The position numbers and the translations under genes were made by a program. A DNA stretch of 61,578 bases, counting the filler, from Choristocarpus tenellus KU-1152 (taxonomy: Eukaryota > Protista > Phaeophyceae), in assembly GCA_964200185.2 (NCBI GenBank). It is 9 parts of 9 records of this genome, joined end to end, with 100 filler letters (N's around TTAATTAATTAA, not from the genome) between each part and the next. Parts side by side here need not be neighbours in the genome. Positions count along the whole stretch, not along the records: positions 54,293 to 58,670 come from CAXNAD020014829.1; positions 58,771 to 61,578 come from CAXNAD020024573.1; 7 more parts are not named here. One strand, written 5' to 3'. Positions 54,293 through 61,578 of the stretch are shown in pieces. Under the pieces are notes generated by a model. It was not told where the DNA came from. It did no database searches and saw only the letters and a program-made list of their open reading frames with translations. Every line of letters begins with the position of its first letter. Within the stretch, counting starts at the first letter, position 1.

Positions 54293-54345
54293 TGTATATT
54301 GGCCCCCAAATGGACGCGGCTCTACCCTCTAAGATACTTTGGCTC
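54293..54345 (+). mobile_element. MITE family B, right end (contig start)
   Basis: GGCCCCCAAATGGACGCGGCTCTACCCTCTAAGATACTTTGGCTC. Confidence 0.88.
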
Positions 54346-54539
54346 CAATGGCCTTGAGAACACATAAAATACAGCTTGACGAAAGCACAGAGGGTGGGGA
54401 GAGAGCACGGAGAAGGCATCACACTGTTGATATCGCATCAAAATATGTAAACTTCAAATTAATATATATATATGCATATTCCCCTGGTGTTTCCAAAGGG
54501 TCTTGTTGGCAGCAGCAGTGTCTGATCTCTGAGTTTCAG

Positions 54540-55362
54540 GGATTAAAGTCAGGGAAATCACGCCAGAGGGGATCGTGAAAACATTTGCAGGGACAGGGAT
54601 TGAGGTATGTCCTTGAGGGCATATGCTAAGGCTCAATGAAAGCACAGAATACACTTTGTGGAGGATTACACAGAAATTATTGGCATGTAAACATAAGCAT
54701 CTAAGCATAGAGACTTCAACGTGTGTGTATTTGTCCAGCTTGTTTTAAGCATGCTTGTTTGCTGCGAGGTAGGTAAGTTTGCACCTTTACAACATCTGCA
54801 GAACGTATCGGGCAAGTTGATGTATTGTAAGCAATTGCTCAATTGATTGGCATATATTTCACTAATTTCTTTCTGTTCGTGATTTATTTGATCAATTTTA
54901 TCAGTAACATTTTCTAAAGTGTACGACCTGAGAGCAGTAATAAAAATAAATAAAAGCAGGTAATGTGTGAAGGAAATGAACCTACCTCGCCTTGAGATAA
55001 TCTCAGTTACGTTTGGTACAGGACAGGGAACAAGCGGAACCGTGCCACTGCCTTCTTCAATTAATGAAGTCAACAGTAGGGTTGTGACCTGTGAAGTTAG
55101 CAGTTGTTTCATTCAACTAGTACATCCATATCCTCCTCCCTCTCACAAGTGTCCTTACTTCCCATATGTGGCCCCCCAAATGTGTCTATCTTTCCCTAAT
55201 GTCCACACTCACAAGAGCTACAGTGGCGATGGTGGAAAAGCCTCAGAGGCAGCAATCAGCATGCCCAACTCCCTGTCCCTGCCCCCAGGGGGGTCTGGCC
55301 CGCTTGTTATCGCAGAGTTTGGCAACAGTGTTGTGCGGGAGGTCTCACCAGCTTGTCTCTGA
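54540..55362 (+). CDS. 3' end of an NHL-repeat (beta-propeller) protein gene; exons ~54540-54604 and 55216-55362
   Basis: KVREITPEGIVKTFAGTGIE|SYSGDGGKASEAAISMPNSLSL...LVIAEFGNSVVREV*; 5' boundary is uncertain. Confidence 0.65.
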
Positions 55363-58300
55363 GCTTGCAAGGTGGCATTCCAAAATGTATCTTTGCGTTT
55401 GCATGAAGTACCCTTTAGCTTACTACGTACTGGTAAGCACTAGCATAGTTGCTCCATTGCAGAGAAAATATATGTACTCAAGATAAGTCTGAGGGAAAAA
55501 GCAGGGGTAACAAACTTGACCATAGTTGCCTTTGTGCATTAGGCAAAGGTAAATCTTTTTACTGTTGTATATGTTGGTTGCCAAGAACAGGGTTTAACAG
55601 GTGTCAAAATGTACTGTGCGGACTTGCAGAGCGTTTGCTTGGACAAGACTTGGATACATGGATCCTGGGTAATCTACTTTTTCCCTGTAGGAATGATGAC
55701 TGTGAGTCATCTTGATTTCTGTTGTGATGTAAACAAACTCTTCAGTCATCATTTTTCTATTTTTTTAGAGGATTGTGTGGTAACACTCCATTCATGGCAC
55801 TCTTCTACCATATATTCAGTCACATCTCTCACGCAGTGCAAAGGTATGTTTTCAAGGTTGTGCATGTTCATCCACCCTATGCATAGCGTTGTGATTGAAC
55901 TGTCTTTCATAAATGTCAAGGCATCCACCGTTTTCATCCTTTCCTTATGAAAGAAACTCTTGAGCATATATTTTGAGCACATTGCATCAGCAGCACCAAT
56001 CCCTCTCTGCTAGTTGTGTGTATAGAGAAATATATGTGTGTCTGGGGAAAATCTGCTTGATCTAACATTTTGCGATACAAAAATAGGGCTCATTTACCTA
56101 TATTTTCAAAGATCATGCATGTGTTGATACATTATGATACAAGAAAATAGCAACCTCATTACTTACATAATGCCCTGGAATATAAAGCAGGATTGTCTGT
56201 ATGTCTTAAATCATGTTTACCTTGAGATAATCAGGACAAACAGAAATGGCACACTAGGTTGGGACAGCATTATGACAGCCTCTACAAATGGGTACGGCTC
56301 ATATTTCGTCATGTGCTGTAGGTAGGATTACTTTCACTTAAACACCCTCGTCAAAGTGATTCAAACATAACCATTGAACTTGGCTGTATCCCTCTTACAG
56401 ATGGCACATTGTTAAATCAAGTTGGTGAAATGTTGAACTAAAATTTGGACAACACAGTCGTACTGCAGATCATTTAAGAGCAGTAGAGCCCCAATCCAGG
56501 AGCAACTCAAGGGCAAGAAGCATAGTAGGAACTGCAGGAGTATTCCGCACTTTCCCTTCCACCACTGAGGAACTCTCGAGTTTGAGTATGAGGTTTACTG
56601 CATGTGGTTCATAGTTCGAAGTGCATGAAATGCCTTTTTGCGCTTCTTCTGTAAGTATTTCGAATTGTTAGTTCACTCCCCAGTGGCAGGGAAGTTAGGG
56701 TTAGGTGAACTCTGCCTGGAAAGGCACGCGGAATCGCCACAAGCACTTTTCGGTGGGTTGTGACATGAGATTCAGTGATGTTGTTGGCGGTTTTTACAAA
56801 GAAGATCCTTCAACAGGTACCTTACTAAAGTGGGGTCCGAGACAAGTGGTACACTAGTACCAGTTGCGGTTGTACTATTGGCTTCCATTAAGATTGTCGT
56901 TTATTACCCAAATTGATAGTTCATACTGACGATGAGGCCAAGAAAATATGGAAGTGCAACTTTATAATATTGACCATCGAACAAGTGATGTGCTATGTAT
57001 TCCTAAACGCTTGGAAGGTGCCCTTGATATTGTAGAAGAGAGAAAAAAAAAACGCTAGGAAGATCGCTTCGCTGTGAATTGTCCTGTACCAAAATAGACA
57101 CTAAAATACGATTGTGCCAAGTGTGCTTGAGTAGGGGATACATCAACGAAGATTGAGGTCTACTCCAAACATTATATAGAAGATGCTACCTACATAGAAT
57201 CTGTGTAGGTAGAAGCTAGATTTCGCACAACGTAGAGAGGGTGGCATCATATAATTCAAGCAAGCACGAGAGATCAAGAATGGTACTCACCACCAAATCA
57301 ACGCAAAAACGATAAAGAAACGTGGTGAGGTATTTACCGAACTCATTCATGTAGGTGTAGCAAAAACACCCATAAAGTGGTAACTGGCTCTAATCGTAAG
57401 GTGCGACATCGTTAGCACATACATATATATCCCCTCTGACATTTTGCTGATGTGTCAGGGGGAAAACAATGAAAACTATTAACATGTCAGAAAACCCCTA
57501 AAAAAAAGTAAGTTGTCGTAGAATGTGAGTCATTATTAATCTATTTACTATTTTACTACCAACTAGGCTGTACTCGTGCACGCACTTCAACTCTCAACCA
57601 CTATACAGTCTTGTGAGACTACAGGTTTAGACACTTGGAATCTACGTACATGCATATATACATAAATACAGTTGAGGATTATTATACTCAGTCATGATTG
57701 GAACAATTTTGCACCGACTCTTATTTAATAGGTGAGAGAAGAAGAGGTGGCGCTTGATTGGTGGATGAGGAGTCCAATCACTTGTTGGCGGAGTCCTTCA
57801 AGTTGGTCGCGCTTAACGCATGCTACCCACTTGGACACCTTTTGCATTTACCTGAGCACCTTTTGACTTTCGAGTGGCCTAACGTCAATTCGCTACTCTT
57901 GTCACTTGACCCCTGCCATCATTACTGGGAAGCGATATTCCTCCCTGAGCAGTTTTGGCACATACACAGCTGTTTGAGGTGTGCCTACCGCCTAGATTTT
58001 GTGCCAAAGGCTGCTTTGCCATTTACGAAGCATAAAACTACCCTGTTACCAACACAGGGTTAAGGGATTCCTCAATAATCCATAACATGAGCGACAGGTA
58101 CAAAATAGAAGCTGATACTCACAAGTTAAGATCAAATGTCAAAGACGTTCCTTACCTCGCTCAACGTAATCAATTTATAATAGGTTCAAGAAGGATGTCC
58201 TCATGGGACATGCGAGTATTTCAAGTCGTAATATATGCTACAGCTACCCTACTCGCTGTTGGACTCTTGTCCTCCCTTAAAGTCCTTGGGAAAGGAAGAT

Positions 58301-59415
58301 CCTTCCGGTGAGAATCCTAGTACAGTTCTAATCCAGCGTCGGCGTGACAGGACTCCAGCACCAGACTTCTCCACACTTTTCGAAGAACTCCCCACCCGAT
58401 GTAGTGGGAAGGCTGCTTCTATAACAAGTTGTCACCCAGCGACCAATACGAAAGTTTACGTTGTATAATTCTCGAGCTATATGTGGATCGACGGGATTTG
58501 GACATATCTATCCTTTCCTTCCCTAGAGCACTAGATTGTGTTGCCCGCTTCATTTCACTTTGTTCTCCGTCGTTCATACTTGCAATAGGGTCAAAGTATT
58601 GGGGGGGGGGAGTTCGGCGTCCTTTTTTCACCCTTTTTTCGATTTTCACTTTTTCTGTGTGGTTCGGTCGNNNNNNNNNNNNNNNNNNNNNNNNNNNNNN
58701 NNNNNNNNNNNNNNTTAATTAATTAANNNNNNNNNNNNNNNNNNNNNNNNNNNNNNNNNNNNNNNNNNNNGATGGGAAGCTATATATAGGTAGATGGATC
58801 AGGGGAGAAGGTTCACAACTGTGCTGAGTTACATTGGAATGTAGAGGTTAGGTACACGACTTTGCATAAATTGCTCAAGGTCTGCCAATTATCGTGGCAA
58901 ATATTGATGTTGAAATGTATTCTGTTGCACTTCACCTCTGGTTTCAAGTGGGTGAAAACTATGTAGAGCATTGTTTAATAGGACCAATCAATGCCCCCCA
59001 AACAGTTCTTTCTAAAGATTTAACAGGTCTATTTTTCTTGCTCCAAGTGCTACTAGTACCGCTGCTGCTACTGTGAATGGTGGTTGGATGGATAATATTT
59101 TCACTTTCAGAGTCATTATTGCCAAGGTTGGGTGAGAAATAATATGAACTACAAGTATCACCAACAGAGTGAAGAAAAATAGTAATAATGAGGTGTAGAC
59201 AAGTCAGGACAAAAAGAAGTACTATAGTTACGCACACAGAATGTTGTGGCCACAACTCACATCGACCAAGAACATGCCTTTTCCCTGCAACCTCTCCTGC
59301 CCTTTCAGTATTTCCACCACTCATGAATTCATCTTTTTTCAACGATCAAATTTTCCCTCCCTCAAACGTCCCCACAACACCCTCACACCCCCACAGCCAG
59401 TAAATATTATATCAC

Positions 59416-60768
59416 CTGGTGATGACTCTTCCACGCCTTCTACAGGGTATATTGGATTGGTATCATAGGCAAAATCGGTTATGAAATTCGATGTTGCGTT
59501 GAGGAAAAGGTTGGTCCCCTCTCTCAAGCCTGCAGCAAGTCGAATCTCTTCCAAGAGCCCCCAATCGTCCACATGGTCACCTCTACTTCTATTTTTTCCA
59601 CATGCCTGATCCAGGTGGATCACCAGCTCCCTATATATTCGTCTCTCCCGCCGTTCTCCATACTCCACCCTGGAACATTCCAGGGTCACGCTATTGCTGA
59701 CATTGGTGTTGGAGATGCTTGCAGTGCCGTTGTAGGCAAGGGTGAAGCTGGTCACATTGAGTGAGGAGAGATTGACTGCCTCTGAGAAGAACAGGAAAAG
59801 TGACATACGCTCGTGACTGAAGACAAATTTATCCAAGGAAGGGCTTGGTTGGCCATGACAGATAAGATATCACGATAGCAGCAGTTGCGGTCAACATTAT
59901 TGGGGGCGGGGGTGTCATTTGGTTAACTGCTGTGGGCTCTGACAAATTCAAGGCATGTGGAAGATGGGATGCACCTATATTATGTCGTTTTCTGAGTTGA
60001 ATATTGAATATCACTTGTTGGTCTCCAACCATATCCCACGGTGGCTACTTTAAAGATATACTCGTCTTCCGGAATCATATCAACAGTCCTGGCAGTGCCA
60101 AATCCCATGCTATAGCTCCATCTAGCATGGTAGGATACTCCGCCCAGAACTTGACTACCATTCGTAGGACTCTATGGATGGGATCTTCCACGACTACATG
60201 TTAGAGCTAATCTTGCCCATTTTTCAAGTGTTGGAATCAGACTGTAGAGTGAGGTGTGGACACTCACGAATATCTTTGGTCGTGACCATTGTCAGCATTT
60301 CATAGGCAGAGCTTCTCACCTTGTGGTGTCCACCTCTAGTGTTGAGACATGCATGCCCTCTGATCCTAATACCTCGGTGCCATAAATTGGATCGCTCACT
60401 TCCACACCTCCAGTCCCGAGGAAAACCCCCTCTCTCAGGGCCAACCATGTGAAGCTCTTGTTATGCCCAATGGCTGCAGCCCTGATCTCATCCATGTCGA
60501 TAGGGTGAATGATCACAGTGAGTGTGAGCCCAGAAGTGCTCGCAACAGGCGACCCCCAACCAGCCTCTCCTTCTGTATGCCAAAGTGTCACACCCACAGC
60601 CTCGAGCTTGTTCACGTGTGTACGAAGCGTGACGCCCGTCCAATCTGAATCGGATGGATTGTCTGACACTGCCCTGTCGAACGTGAGAGCCAGGCTTTCG
60701 GAGTGCATATTGAGATCGAAGCTGTCCAGCTCTAAACCTGGAGTGCGAGAGACATCACTATTCTCAAT
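59416..60768 (-). CDS. Internal exons (~60768-60320 and 59843-59416) of a large, probably extracellular, repeat protein
   Basis: Two homologous repeat starts: LELDSFDLNMHSESLALTFDRAV and DTTSPSLDKFVFSHERMSLFLFFSEAV; phase-2 GT-AG join; several N-x-S/T sites. Confidence 0.65.
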
Positions 60769-61578
60769 CTACTCTGCAAGGAGAGGAGAATATGAAGCTA
60801 AAGTTGATTGTGTTTCGCCTTGCAACACATAATACTTTCTAGGTTAAGGTCACCATCGTCATTTTTTCCCCTGATACTCCCTTTCTCAGTGGTCATTTTT
60901 CCATAACTCACATCCTGAAGGCTTGAGGAAGAGCGCGAGGAGAAGAGTGGGTAGAAAGACAAACATCTCTGGACTTTTGTTTGTTCAGTTGAGTACGAGC
61001 GCCTCACGCGACGGTTTCACGAGCGTTCCAAGTCGAACAACACGCACTGTTAACAGAAGACTCGAAATCGTCCATCTGGTATTTCACATATCGGAAGTCG
61101 TGCCGTCATTAGGAAAGACTCGAGTGCACGAGTGCACCCCCTGGAGTGTGGTTCTGAAGTTTTTAACGTATGTATAGAGTATCATGTGTACTAAGTCAGT
61201 CCTATAAACGGTATATCCCACATCTCTTTTAAAACTACAACATTTTGATTTTCAATACAGATTCTTGGTGTGCCTCCCTAACTCCTCGGCCACCTTCCTA
61301 TAGGTTGGAAACATAACAAATCGGTTAGTAGACACAATCGCCAAGATTACATCATTGTTGAATCGCTTGTTCTGTAATAGTACATATATTTTGGGAGGTA
61401 TCCCAGCATTGATGGCATTATTATTATTATTATGCCCTCTGACATTTTGCAGATGTGTCAGGGGGAAAACCAATGAAAACTATCAGGGGAAACCAATGAA
61501 CACTGTATACATATGTGTATATAAAATGTCCTAAACATAAGAATACTATGAGACATTGCGTGGAAATCACTAATCAGT

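Noticed and set aside
7583-58770. Recurrent TTAATTAATTAA flanked by Ns as a biological motif
   Set aside because: Identical artificial spacer joining contigs; gene neighbourhoods across it are meaningless

Overview
This is intron-rich eukaryotic nuclear DNA, not prokaryotic. The axonemal dynein, GT-AG introns and transposon types suggest a flagellated stramenopile/ochrophyte alga (inference). The window is nine contigs joined by artificial 100-bp spacers (44 N + TTAATTAATTAA + 44 N), so adjacency across spacers is not evidence of linkage. Genes reconstructed by hand from splice sites: a partial axonemal dynein heavy chain (17 exons, linker/AAA1/AAA2); a compact 2-exon gene fusing a Pex14 N-terminal-like domain to a Rid/YjgF domain; a 3-exon TPR-like gene; a PHT4;6/SLC17-like MFS anion transporter; a partial Ssu72 CTD phosphatase; the 3' end of an NHL-repeat gene; and exons of a large repeat protein. 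Much of the rest is transposon debris: Gypsy, Copia (including a complete 2.1-kb internally deleted element with LTRs, PBS, PPT and 5-bp TSD), RTE-like and CRE-like non-LTR remnants, and a decayed Sola-like transposase. About 12 copies of two related MITE families share the terminal core AAAGTATCT...AGATACTTT but make 4-bp versus 3-bp target duplications. The best novelty candidates are the Pex14N-Rid fusion and the MITE system. No database searches were run; family calls rest on motif recognition.
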